Shown: one piece after another, positions 29,395 to 37,985 of the stretch
Layout of the letters: each line of letters begins with the position of its first letter
How positions within the stretch are numbered: position 1 is the stretch's first letter
Assembly (NCBI GenBank): GCA_045863335.1
Contig: BTVY01000028.1
Coordinates: forward strand, 1 to 64,000
Length of the DNA stretch: 64,000 nt
Direction of reading: 5' to 3'
Origin: Candidatus Hydrogenedentota bacterium
GTDB taxonomy: Bacteria; Hydrogenedentota; Hydrogenedentia; Hydrogenedentales; SLHB01
Made by a program: the position numbers and the translations under genes
Notes under the pieces: model-generated
What the model was told of the DNA's origin: nothing
The model's input: only the letters and a program-made list of their open reading frames with translations
Database searches by the model: none

Positions 29395-30324
29395 TCAGTC
29401 GTATTTGAGGCCCGTATCGCAGAGGATCGTCGCGATGACGGGCACCGCGCCGGCGAGGCCGCTCTTCGCAAGCTTGACCGATGCGCAGACGTTCGCGGCG
29501 GCAGAGTACCCCACGTGTAGGCCTTCTACCCGCGCCAAGTCGGCACGCCACGCGGCGGCCTCTTCACTGGTGACGGCGAGATACTGGTCAACCAACTCCT
29601 CGCGCCAGTGCGGCACCTTCATGCCGTAACCGATGCCTTGCATGTTGTGCGCCGGATTCGTCACCGGCTTGCCGGCGAGGATCTCCGCGCCTTCCGGTTC
29701 GACGGCGGCGCAGGTAACGTTGGGGTTCTTCAGTTTCAGGAACAGGCTCGTGCCGACAAAGGTCCCGCCAGTGCCGACGGCCGCAACGAAGGCGGAAAGA
29801 CCGCGGCCGAGGTCGGACCAGATTTCCGGTCCGGTCCCGCGCAGATGTGCAAGGATTCCGGAGGGGTTGTTGAATTGGTCCACGTAGTAGGCGTTCGTCT
29901 CTTTGGCGAGTTCGATGGCACGTTCCGTCGCGGCGGCGATGTCCTTGCCCGTGACCTGTCCCGGCGTTCCGTCCACCTGGGGCGTGAGCACAACGCGCGC
30001 GCCGAGCGCCTCCAACATGCGGGCGCGGTTGGGACTGTTGCCTTCGGACATGACTGCGGTGAAGGGATTGCCGAAGGCGTTGCAGACCACGGCCAAACCC
30101 GCGCCCATGTTGCCGCTGGTCATCTCGACGACGGGCTGGCCCTTCGTGAGCGCGCCGGAATCGAATGCGTCCCTGACGATCTGTAGCGCGGCACGATCCT
30201 TGACGCTGCCGCCGGGTTGAAGGAACTCCGCCTTCGCGTAGATCTTGCCCGGCCCAGTATGAATGCGGCGAAGTTCGACGAGCGGCGAATTGCCAATGAG
30301 ATCCAAGGAACCCTTGCGGATCAT
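29395..30324 (-). CDS. Cysteine synthase family PLP-dependent enzyme
   Basis: IGNSPLV, PGGSVKDR (PLP Lys), TSGNMG, QFNN, GTGGT, CDTG.KY. Confidence 0.9.
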   Translation of the reverse strand: MIRKGSLDLIGNSPLVELRRIHTGPGKIYAKAEFLQPGGSVKDRAALQIVRDAFDSGALTKGQPVVEMTSGNMGAGLAVVCNAFGNPFTAVMSEGNSPNRARMLEALGARVVLTPQVDGTPGQVTGKDIAAATERAIELAKETNAYYVDQFNNPSGILAHLRGTGPEIWSDLGRGLSAFVAAVGTGGTFVGTSLFLKLKNPNVTCAAVEPEGAEILAGKPVTNPAHNMQGIGYGMKVPHWREELVDQYLAVTSEEAAAWRADLARVEGLHVGYSAAANVCASVKLAKSGLAGAVPVIATILCDTGLKYD

Positions 30325-30562
30325 GGATTGCCCTCCCCCAACCCAAGAAGCTCAGCGCGGACCATTACGATACCGCAATCGCCCATACAACGCGAACCGC
30401 GAAGAACATCCCCCTTGATCCCCCTTCAGTGCTGTCCTAAACATCTGCGCAGTGCAATCGAGGGAAAGGCCCAACACGCCATTTTTCAGAGAAAACGAGC
30501 TTTGCAGTTTGAGGTTGGTGCTCGACACGCTCCAGGCGCGTCTGTCTGGGAGTGAGTTTCGC

Positions 30563-30851
30563 ATCGCGTCATCCTGAGCGATTAGCGAAGGATCTCTTGG
30601 GAATCGACGCACAACTGACTAGAGATCCTTCGCTAATCGCTGCCAAGAACATGGTCCGCAAGTCATTTTGTATCAATAGCCGTGGTTTCTCGGTATCGGG
30701 ATCGCTATCGGGATCGGTATCGAGTGGGAAGCTTACAGCGATTTCGATACCGATCCCGATAACGATATCAACAATGGGTGCTGGCGCTCGCGAATGTTCG
30801 CCCGCGATTCGCCACGCCCCCAGCGTGGTCCGTCGCTCAGGATGACGCGAT
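30563..30851. repeat. GTCATCCTGAG-type REP hairpin, split by a 191-bp insert
   Basis: 35-bp left arm 30563-30597 is the exact reverse complement of 30621-30641 plus 30838-30851; TCGCT duplicated around the insert. Confidence 0.8.
30701..30766. repeat. Hexamer-based palindrome inside the innermost insert
   Basis: ATCGCTATCGGGATCGGTATCGA ... TCGATACCGATCCCGATAACGAT (22/23 complementary). Confidence 0.8.
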
Positions 30852-31141
30852 ATCCGAATGCCTTGAGAAAGTTGTTTAGGACAAGAATCATCCCCCTTCA
30901 AAGGGGGAATTTGCGGATCGCAGAATTCGAGCCAAGATGAAGCCGTCTTGATACACAGGTCATCGGCCGTTTCTTGAGCGCAACGCTGCGCGTTGCGCAC
31001 GCGTTCCAGCCAGAACTTGAGATTGGACGAACAACCAACACTCATGCCATAAGCACAGCTTGTTCAAACTCCCCCTTCGAAGGGGGATCAAGGGGGATGT
31101 TCTTTAGGTTGGTTTGAGCCAATCCGGAGACTTCACCCCCA

Positions 31142-31909
31142 CTACTCCTCGTAAATCATCTTGACTGTCATGCCGCCGTCGACGACAAGATTCTGGCCGG
31201 TGATGAATCCGGCCTTGTCGGAATCGGCGAGGAACAGGCAGGCTTGCGCGATGTCTTCGGGACGCCCCACACGGCCCGCGGGATGCTGTGCGTGGTCGCG
31301 CTCGGTTAACGTGGCCGGTTTGCGCGCGGATTCTTTCTTCCAATCCGACACGTCGATCCAGCCGGGGCTGATGCAGTTCACGCGGATGCCTTTCGGTCCC
31401 AACGTGATGGCGAGGGAATGGGTCAACGCCACGACACCGCCTTTGGACGCCGAATAGGGCTCCGTGTCCGATTCCGACATAAGCGCGCGGGTCGACGCGA
31501 TGTTGACGATGGCGCTGCCCCGCGGCATGTGCGGCGCCGCGTGCTGCGCGCACAGGTAGGGTCCGCGCAAGTTGACCGCAAGGACGCGGTCCCAGTCGTC
31601 CACGCTGCGCTCGGCAAGGCCGCCCTTCCAACTGATGCCCGCATTGTTAATGAGCACGTTAATGGCACCGCCAACCCGCGTAACTTCGTCGATCAGCGCC
31701 TTCACTTGCGCCGGGTCCCCAACATCGGTCGCGATAAACCGCGCGTTCAGTCCCCGGTCGCACAGGATCTCGACCCACTCCTCCCCCGCTTCCGCGTCGA
31801 TATCCGCGACGACGACAAACGCGCCGGATAGGGCAAAGGCCTGCGAGACGGCCTTGCCAATCCCCTGCGCGCCTCCGGTGACGATGACGGTCTTGTGTTG
31901 GAAGCTCAT
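31142..31909 (-). CDS. Short-chain dehydrogenase/reductase
   Basis: TGGAQGIG, NNAG, NIAS, YSASK, NCISPGWI, DGG; AGGAG RBS before ATG 31909. Confidence 0.93.
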   Translation of the reverse strand: MSFQHKTVIVTGGAQGIGKAVSQAFALSGAFVVVADIDAEAGEEWVEILCDRGLNARFIATDVGDPAQVKALIDEVTRVGGAINVLINNAGISWKGGLAERSVDDWDRVLAVNLRGPYLCAQHAAPHMPRGSAIVNIASTRALMSESDTEPYSASKGGVVALTHSLAITLGPKGIRVNCISPGWIDVSDWKKESARKPATLTERDHAQHPAGRVGRPEDIAQACLFLADSDKAGFITGQNLVVDGGMTVKMIYEE

Positions 31910-31937
31910 GGCGCGCGGTCTCCTGGCCAAATCTAAC

Positions 31938-32357
31938 TCACTCGTACCCGAACTTCCACTGAACGCGGACTTCTTCCGTTTCCGGAACATCCTCGGGGAC
32001 ATACTCAAGATTCAAGTCGCCACTGTACCAATCCAAGACGCGCAACTGGTTTGCGTCCTCGGGAAGGCGAAGGAGGACACCGGACGGCGTGCGAAACTCC
32101 GCTTTGGCATTGGAAATACTTTCTACACGAATAGCGACCACGGACGGGTTCGTTTGCGCAGGTTTCAGAATCAACTCGAAGGGCGCTTGGGGGTCTGGAA
32201 TGCTGACATCACCCTCCCACGCGCTGAACCAGACATTTGCTGGGCCGTAGTTGTTGGTGAGGTAGTCGGCACCAAAAAGAACGAACAGGATTGCGAGGCA
32301 AAGTACTGCGGCCGAGCAACCAGCAGCGATTGTCAGTGTATTCCTTTCGATTCGCAC
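31938..32357 (-). CDS. Hypothetical membrane-anchored protein
   Basis: GTG start; N-terminal hydrophobic helix; fills the gap between neighbours on the same strand. Confidence 0.5.
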   Translation of the reverse strand: MRIERNTLTIAAGCSAAVLCLAILFVLFGADYLTNNYGPANVWFSAWEGDVSIPDPQAPFELILKPAQTNPSVVAIRVESISNAKAEFRTPSGVLLRLPEDANQLRVLDWYSGDLNLEYVPEDVPETEEVRVQWKFGYE

Positions 32358-32362
32358 CTCGC

Positions 32363-32569
32363 CTACGATCTCTCTAATTGACGAATTTGGACAACGTCCT
32401 TCTGAAACTCGGATTCAGCAACGTCGACTCCCATAAAGGCCCACGCATCGACCGTCAGTTGCCACATCATGTTGAGGCATTCTTCGGGTGTGCCGGCGAC
32501 TTCGTCGGCGCCAGCCTCGTCGGCCAGCGTACGTTTGACAACGACGGAACGTGATTGCCGCTTTTCCAT
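32363..32569 (-). CDS. Small hypothetical protein (68 aa)
   Basis: TPEECLNMMWQLTVDAWAFMG...ES..Q..VV.I motif, similar to small genes usually preceding nucleotidyltransferases (from memory). Confidence 0.55.
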   Translation of the reverse strand: MEKRQSRSVVVKRTLADEAGADEVAGTPEECLNMMWQLTVDAWAFMGVDVAESEFQKDVVQIRQLERS

Positions 32570-32625
32570 TCGATGATTGTATCCGTTGGGGAAACGAAGT
32601 TCACGTTGATTTCACGAGTGAACCC

Positions 32626-32703
32626 GTCATTCTGAGCGGAGCGAAGGATCCCTATTCACCAGGCTGCTGGCCCGAGGAGATTCTTCGCTTCACTCAGAAT
32701 GAC
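32626..32703. repeat. GTCATTCTGAG-type REP hairpin (intact)
   Basis: GTCATTCTGAGCGGAGCGAAGGATCC ... AGATTCTTCGCTTCACTCAGAATGAC; same family as 30563-30851. Confidence 0.85.
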
Positions 32704-32727
32704 GAAATCCAAAGGTCTTGGTGGCCG

Positions 32728-34167
32728 CTACACCCGCAGTTCGATGCTATTCAGCTGGCAATACGTCCGCAGATCCTTCCCGTGGTTGCCGTAGAAGATG
32801 ATCTGGTGCATGCCCAGGACGTTGCGGACGTCGTCGACCTCGTTGATGGTCATGCGGAGGTTGGTGCGGCAACCGCCGGTGGGCGGAATCTCGGGGCAGT
32901 CGACGATGGTGCCGGTGTAGACAATCATCTCGGGGGCGTCGCCGGAGAAGTATTGGGCCAATGTGACCTCCTGGTCCGTGGGGAAAAGCACGCGCGGGAC
33001 GCAGCCCCAACCGGCTTCGGCGTGGCTGCGGAGAATGTACGGCTCGGCCTTCGTGCCGGGTCCGTTCATGCATGACGGGCTGGTGCAGTGCGCGCCGAAG
33101 TAGAGGTTGTTGGCCGTGTCCATGGACGCGTTCTGCTGGAAGCCGGGCCGGTTGTAGAGGTACTGCACGAGGAGCAGCGTCAACGTCGGGTTGAGGTCGG
33201 ACTGGCAGCCCGCGGGAATCCCCATGTCTCGGAGCGTCATGAAGCCCATGCAGGGCGGCACGTGCTTGTGCGGCATTTGCAACCCGGGCAGGCAGTTCAT
33301 CATGAGGGCGTCGGCCTTCTCGTCGATCACGAGTTGATGAAGCGCATGATAGGCGCGCGCGGCGTCGACGATGTCTTCCTCGTTGGGTTCGACAATGTCC
33401 TTGGCGCCGTTGCGGTAGGCTTTCGCCAGCTTGCGCACGGGCTCGGTGACTTCCGTGTTCGCATACACATCGTAAAAGCGCTGGTGCGGAACGTTCAGGA
33501 TTTCCGTGCCGATCTTGGGCACAAAGGTCTGCTTCTCCGCGTCTCCGTCGATGTTGATGATCCGGCTCTGCCGCATCCAGGCCGTCGTGCGCACCATGAC
33601 CAGCGCGCGCTCGACCGCGCCGAAATCGCCGGAGTTGATGAGGTACACGCCGGGCCGGTCTTGCACTTCACGGATGTGATCGACAAGCAACACGCCAAGT
33701 GGCGCGAATACGACCACCGGACATGGCGCGGCGTCGAAAATCTGTTGGACTCGATTCCAGTGGCCCTTCTTGAACAGCACGAGGAGGATGCCATCAGGTT
33801 TCGCTGCGGCGGCTTGCTCGACGAACTGGGCCGCGTCGGCTTCCGTGTCGATATGACCGGGACGGACATCGACCGTCATGTTGAGGTCCGCGGCGAGTTG
33901 CTGAAACTTCGCGGTGTAATCTTGCTGCTGGCCCTCCGCATTGAACCCTGAGCCTGGCCAACTGTAGTACCCCGCGGCGTCGAGTTGCGACGTGGGCGGA
34001 TAAACAAATCCCGCAAGAACCACGGCGGACTTGTTCCGCGCCATGGTGTCGCCCTGGACCGGTTTCTCCGCAGCGGCCGTGGTCAGCGCGACGCCTCCAG
34101 CGGTAAGAGCCGATGCCTGCATGAACGCGCGACGCGAAAGTTCAAAATGTTCCCCCTGAGATGACAT
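32728..34167 (-). CDS. Tat-exported L-fucose/arabinose-isomerase-fold protein
   Basis: SRRAFMQ Tat signal; PCMG..L.D.GIPAGCQSD, GAHCTSP, Y.LRSHAE.G.G, CRT C-terminal pattern. True start 34167; the 1061-aa ORF is an antisense extension. Confidence 0.7.
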   Translation of the reverse strand: MSSQGEHFELSRRAFMQASALTAGGVALTTAAAEKPVQGDTMARNKSAVVLAGFVYPPTSQLDAAGYYSWPGSGFNAEGQQQDYTAKFQQLAADLNMTVDVRPGHIDTEADAAQFVEQAAAAKPDGILLVLFKKGHWNRVQQIFDAAPCPVVVFAPLGVLLVDHIREVQDRPGVYLINSGDFGAVERALVMVRTTAWMRQSRIINIDGDAEKQTFVPKIGTEILNVPHQRFYDVYANTEVTEPVRKLAKAYRNGAKDIVEPNEEDIVDAARAYHALHQLVIDEKADALMMNCLPGLQMPHKHVPPCMGFMTLRDMGIPAGCQSDLNPTLTLLLVQYLYNRPGFQQNASMDTANNLYFGAHCTSPSCMNGPGTKAEPYILRSHAEAGWGCVPRVLFPTDQEVTLAQYFSGDAPEMIVYTGTIVDCPEIPPTGGCRTNLRMTINEVDDVRNVLGMHQIIFYGNHGKDLRTYCQLNSIELRV

Positions 34168-34320
34168 GGCAGAATTCCCCCATGTGTGGCGTGCCCCCAC
34201 CATCATGGTAGACCGAATCGGATCGTCTGGCAAGAGGCATTTGGGGTAGAATGACCGTGGCGCCGGTTTGGGGGAAAACCACGCGTTGGCGCGTGGACCG
34301 GTGCAACGGGGGGCAATACC

Positions 34321-35847
34321 ATGTGTTGCATGCACTTGAACCGGCGGCAATTTCTTGGGGTTTCCACGGGCGCTCTGGCAGGCGCGGCCCTGTTCGGTCC
34401 CATGGCGGGGCTGGCTTCGGCGGCCCCGGCGTGGGCGGATGACTATTGGGACCCGTCGCGGCCCTACCAACGCTGGACCCGGCCCACGCGGGTGCAACCG
34501 GTGCTCATGTACCGCACGCCGCAACGGCGCGAACAGACTTCGTGGAAATCCTGGGGCGGTGTGCAGACGCACGAAGCCGCCGACGAGGAAGCCAACCGGA
34601 TCGCGGGTGAACTCGCAGACCTTGCCAAACGCGCGGACTTTCCACTCGAAATCCTGCCAGTCATCAAAGTGACCTCCGAAGAAGAAACCGCGAAGGCGCA
34701 GAACACCGACGCGGAAGTCACCATCCTCTACCCTGCCACCGGATCCGGCAACATGCTGCGCGGCTGCGTACGCCCGAACCGCACCATCGTTTTCGTCCGC
34801 CACCGGTCTGGTCCCTCCTACTACTGGTACGAAGCGCTGAGCACGCGCTATCTGAAGCCGAACACGCTCGAAGAAGATCCGGAGAACCGGCCCCTTTCCG
34901 TGGACGATGTCGTCGTGGACGAACCGGACGAGTTGCTCTGGCGGTTGCGGGCGTTGCATGCGGTGGACAGCTTCCGCGGCGCGCGCATCGTGGCCCTTGG
35001 CGGGCCCATGGGCAAGTATGCGCCGGAAGCGCCGGACGTGGCGCGCGAGCGGTATGGACTCGATATCGTCGACTTCACCTATGAGGAACTGGAGCGGCGC
35101 ATTCAGGAAGTGATGGCGGACGCGACGCGAATGGCGCCGTCGGAGCGTTGGGCCGACGCCTTCCTCGCCATGCCGGAGACTACGCTGCAAACCGATCGCG
35201 GATTCGTCGTGCGGGCCTTCATGCTTTACGGGCTTTTCAAAGACATCATGCGCGAACACGACGCTTCCTTGTTCACCATCCAGCAATGCATGAGCACCAT
35301 CATGCCCATGTCGCAGACGACGGCGTGCCTGACGCTCGGCCTGCTGAACGACGAAGGCCTCGTCGCCTTTTGCGAATCCGACTTCGTGGTCATCCCCGCG
35401 GGCATCCTGCTCAATTGCATTGCCGGTAAGCCAATCTTCATGCACAACTCGACGTTCCCGCACAAGGGGATCGTGACCTGCGCCCACTGCGCTTCGCCGC
35501 GCCGGATGAACGGCGACCGTTACGAGCCGCTCATCGTGACCACCCACTACGAGTCCGAGTACGGCGCCGCGCCGAAGGTGGAATTCCCCGTTGGCCAGGA
35601 CGTGACCTTTATCGATCCCGAGTATGCAACGAACCGGTGGCTCTGCATGACGGGGACCGTCGAGGACAATCCCTTCCTGGAAATCTGCCGTTCGCAACAG
35701 GACGTCCGCATCCACGGCGACTGGAAGAAGCTGATCAACGAAGTGCGCGACTCCCATTGGATGATGTGCTACGGCGACTACCGGAAGGAAGTCGCGTATG
35801 CCGCGCCCCGGGTCGGCATCGCGCTGGATTTGATTGCCGAAGTGTGA
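34321..35847 (+). CDS. Tat-exported L-fucose/arabinose-isomerase-fold protein
   Basis: NRRQFLG Tat signal; ACL.L.LLNDEG..AFCESD, CAHC..P, THYES.YGAAPKV, CRSQ, HW...YGD. Confidence 0.75.
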   Translation: MCCMHLNRRQFLGVSTGALAGAALFGPMAGLASAAPAWADDYWDPSRPYQRWTRPTRVQPVLMYRTPQRREQTSWKSWGGVQTHEAADEEANRIAGELADLAKRADFPLEILPVIKVTSEEETAKAQNTDAEVTILYPATGSGNMLRGCVRPNRTIVFVRHRSGPSYYWYEALSTRYLKPNTLEEDPENRPLSVDDVVVDEPDELLWRLRALHAVDSFRGARIVALGGPMGKYAPEAPDVARERYGLDIVDFTYEELERRIQEVMADATRMAPSERWADAFLAMPETTLQTDRGFVVRAFMLYGLFKDIMREHDASLFTIQQCMSTIMPMSQTTACLTLGLLNDEGLVAFCESDFVVIPAGILLNCIAGKPIFMHNSTFPHKGIVTCAHCASPRRMNGDRYEPLIVTTHYESEYGAAPKVEFPVGQDVTFIDPEYATNRWLCMTGTVEDNPFLEICRSQQDVRIHGDWKKLINEVRDSHWMMCYGDYRKEVAYAAPRVGIALDLIAEV

Positions 35848-35912
35848 TTGATCGATTGGACCGATCAGACCGATCGGTCCGATCCGGCTGTTCCGTCCGA
35901 TTGGCTCAATCA
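35845..35912. repeat. 9-mer-based imperfect palindromic repeat
   Basis: TGATTGATCGATTGGACCGATCAGACCGATCGGTCCGATC...TCCGATTGGCTCAATCA. Confidence 0.5.
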
Positions 35913-35975
35913 CTCGATCCCTGCTACCCTGTGCGGAGCGGTTCCCAACCGATTCAGAAACTCTTGGAGTCTCCT

Positions 35976-37964
35976 ATGCGCCAGTCTGTCTCTCTTAGCC
36001 TCCTGATCCTCATTGCGGCCTCATCCATCGCTTCTGCCGAGGAATCCTACTACCGCGACATCTATCCCGACACCTGGGTCGCAACCGACGCGCTGGGCCG
36101 GACCATGCCGGATTTCGCAAGCGCGGGACCGGTCAAAGACGGACAACGGCGCGTGGTCGGTATCTTTTACATCACCTGGCACAGCGACGGACTGGCGAAC
36201 CTGAAGAGTCCCTTCGCGGCCGACGTAACGCACATCCTCAACACCGACCCCGCCGCGCGCCTCGATGCGAAGAATCCCCTCTGGACGGAGGGCATGTACT
36301 TCTGGAGCGAACCGGAAGTGGGGTATTTTCTCAGCAAAGACGAGTATGTCATTCGCAAAGACATGTCCATGCTGGCCGATGCAGGCGTCGACGTGCTGGT
36401 CATGGACGTGACGAACGCCGTCCGCTATTGGGACGAATGGGACATCGTGTTCCCCGTGATGCAGAAGATGAAGGCCGAAGGCAACAAGGTGCCGCAGTTT
36501 TGCTTCTGGGCGTTTAACGGACCCGTCATCACGGTCGTTCAGGACTTGTACGACCGCATCTACAAGGAAGAGAAGTACAAGGACCTCTGGTTCCACTGGG
36601 ACGGCAAGCCGCTGCTCCTCTACAACGGCAATCCGGCGTTCGATGCGAACGGCACGGGACCACAGAACCCGAACCCCCACTACGACCCCGCCGCGAAGGA
36701 CGATCCGAACCACCCGCACTACGGCGACCCGGATTATGCCGAAGAGTTTTACCAGGACTACACGAAGGAGGTAAAGGAATTCTTCACACTGCGCACCATG
36801 TGGTGGGGATACTACAAGTGGGCGGGCGAACGGTTTATCGGCACGGAAGACAACTGGAGTTTCGGCTATGATCTCGGCAACGAAGAAGTCCGCAACATGG
36901 ACCCCGCCGATCTGTTGTCCACCCACGAGGGCAAGAAAGAACAGGCGGCCGTAACGCCCGCGCAGCACCCCGTCAGTCTCGTCGGAAAGTCGTGGAGCCG
37001 CGAACGCGGCGAACCCGAGTTGAATGAATACGACCTGCCGGTGCCCACGTACGTGCCCTGGCTTGGCGAAACCGTCCAGCAACCGGAAGGCTATGGCATC
37101 TACTTCCAGGAACGCTGGGACGAAGCCATCGCCGCGGATCCGCAGTTCCTCTACATCAACGACTGGAACGAATGGACGGCGGGCAAGTATCACCCCGAAG
37201 AAGGCCAGACCTTCAATTTCATGCGCCGCGAGGACAGCACGTTTCGCTTCATCGATCAGTACAACTCCGAGTTCAATCGCGGCATTCATCCCATGAAGGG
37301 CGGATACACCGACAATTATTACATGCAAATGGCCCAGAACATTCGCCGGTACAAAGGCGTGCGGCCCATTCCGGAACTGAAGGGCGTCGCGCCCATCAAA
37401 GTCGACGGCGCGTTTGACGACTGGGCGAGCGTGGAGGTTGAGTATCGGGATACGGCCGGCGACACCTTTCACCGCGACTACAAGGGCTACGGCGGGTTGC
37501 ATTACACCAACGACACCGGCCGCAACGACATCGTCACGTGCAAGGTCGGTGTTGGCGAGGAAACCATTGCATTCTACGCCGAGACACGCGAGGCGTTGAC
37601 TCCACACACGGTTCCAAACTGGATGCTGCTCTTTATCGACTCCGATCAAAATCACGAGACCGGTTGGTTCGGTTACGACTTCCTCGTGAACAAGACCACC
37701 AACGAGCAATCGACTACCGTTCTGCGTTACGATGAATCGGCGCAGGATTGGAGCGAGGCGGGAGCCGCCGAGTATCGTTACGACGGCAACCGGCTCGAAC
37801 TCGCCATCGCGCGGGAACTGCTGGGACTGAATGGCGACGTTGTCACCTTCGACTTTCACTGGAGCGACAATCCGGCGGAGTTAACCGACCCAATTGCGTT
37901 CTGTGTCGCCGGGGACAGCGCGCCCAACCGCCGGTTTAACTATCGCTGCATCTGGAACCGGTAA
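35976..37964 (+). CDS. Secreted glycoside-hydrolase-like protein (GH99/GH71-like TIM barrel plus C-terminal beta-sandwich)
   Basis: Signal peptide; VGIFYITWH, WSEP..GY, L.DAGVD..V.D.TN, DGKPLL, INDWNEW; VDG.FDDW C-terminal domain. Confidence 0.6.
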   Translation: MRQSVSLSLLILIAASSIASAEESYYRDIYPDTWVATDALGRTMPDFASAGPVKDGQRRVVGIFYITWHSDGLANLKSPFAADVTHILNTDPAARLDAKNPLWTEGMYFWSEPEVGYFLSKDEYVIRKDMSMLADAGVDVLVMDVTNAVRYWDEWDIVFPVMQKMKAEGNKVPQFCFWAFNGPVITVVQDLYDRIYKEEKYKDLWFHWDGKPLLLYNGNPAFDANGTGPQNPNPHYDPAAKDDPNHPHYGDPDYAEEFYQDYTKEVKEFFTLRTMWWGYYKWAGERFIGTEDNWSFGYDLGNEEVRNMDPADLLSTHEGKKEQAAVTPAQHPVSLVGKSWSRERGEPELNEYDLPVPTYVPWLGETVQQPEGYGIYFQERWDEAIAADPQFLYINDWNEWTAGKYHPEEGQTFNFMRREDSTFRFIDQYNSEFNRGIHPMKGGYTDNYYMQMAQNIRRYKGVRPIPELKGVAPIKVDGAFDDWASVEVEYRDTAGDTFHRDYKGYGGLHYTNDTGRNDIVTCKVGVGEETIAFYAETREALTPHTVPNWMLLFIDSDQNHETGWFGYDFLVNKTTNEQSTTVLRYDESAQDWSEAGAAEYRYDGNRLELAIARELLGLNGDVVTFDFHWSDNPAELTDPIAFCVAGDSAPNRRFNYRCIWNR

Positions 37965-37985
37965 CGATGCAAGGAGCTTAGACTG

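Larger units (their letters stand above)
30427..30889. mobile_element. Non-autonomous MITE / IS remnant with terminal inverted repeats
   Basis: Ends CAGTGCTGTCCTAAACA and TGTTTAGGACAAGAATC (11-bp perfect core, 13/17 overall); flanking direct repeat ATCCCCCTT at 30418-30426 and 30890-30898; no transposase ORF. Confidence 0.7.
30401..31104. repeat. REP-doublet element, copy D, interrupted by nested insertions
   Basis: Left arm GAAGAACATCCCCCTTGATCCCCCTT|insert|ATCCCCCTTCAAAGGGGGA, central GCGCAACGC-TGC-GCGTTGCGC, right arm ending 31104. Confidence 0.8.

Noticed and set aside
30352-31045. ORFs 30352-30612, 30552-30845 and 30569-31045 as a transposase
   Set aside because: They are translations of repeat DNA with no DDE or HUH motifs.
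32728-35913. 1061-aa ORF as a single giant protein
   Set aside because: The first 582 aa are the antisense shadow of the 34321-35847 gene plus intergenic DNA; the protein-like part starts at the Tat signal (ATG 34167).
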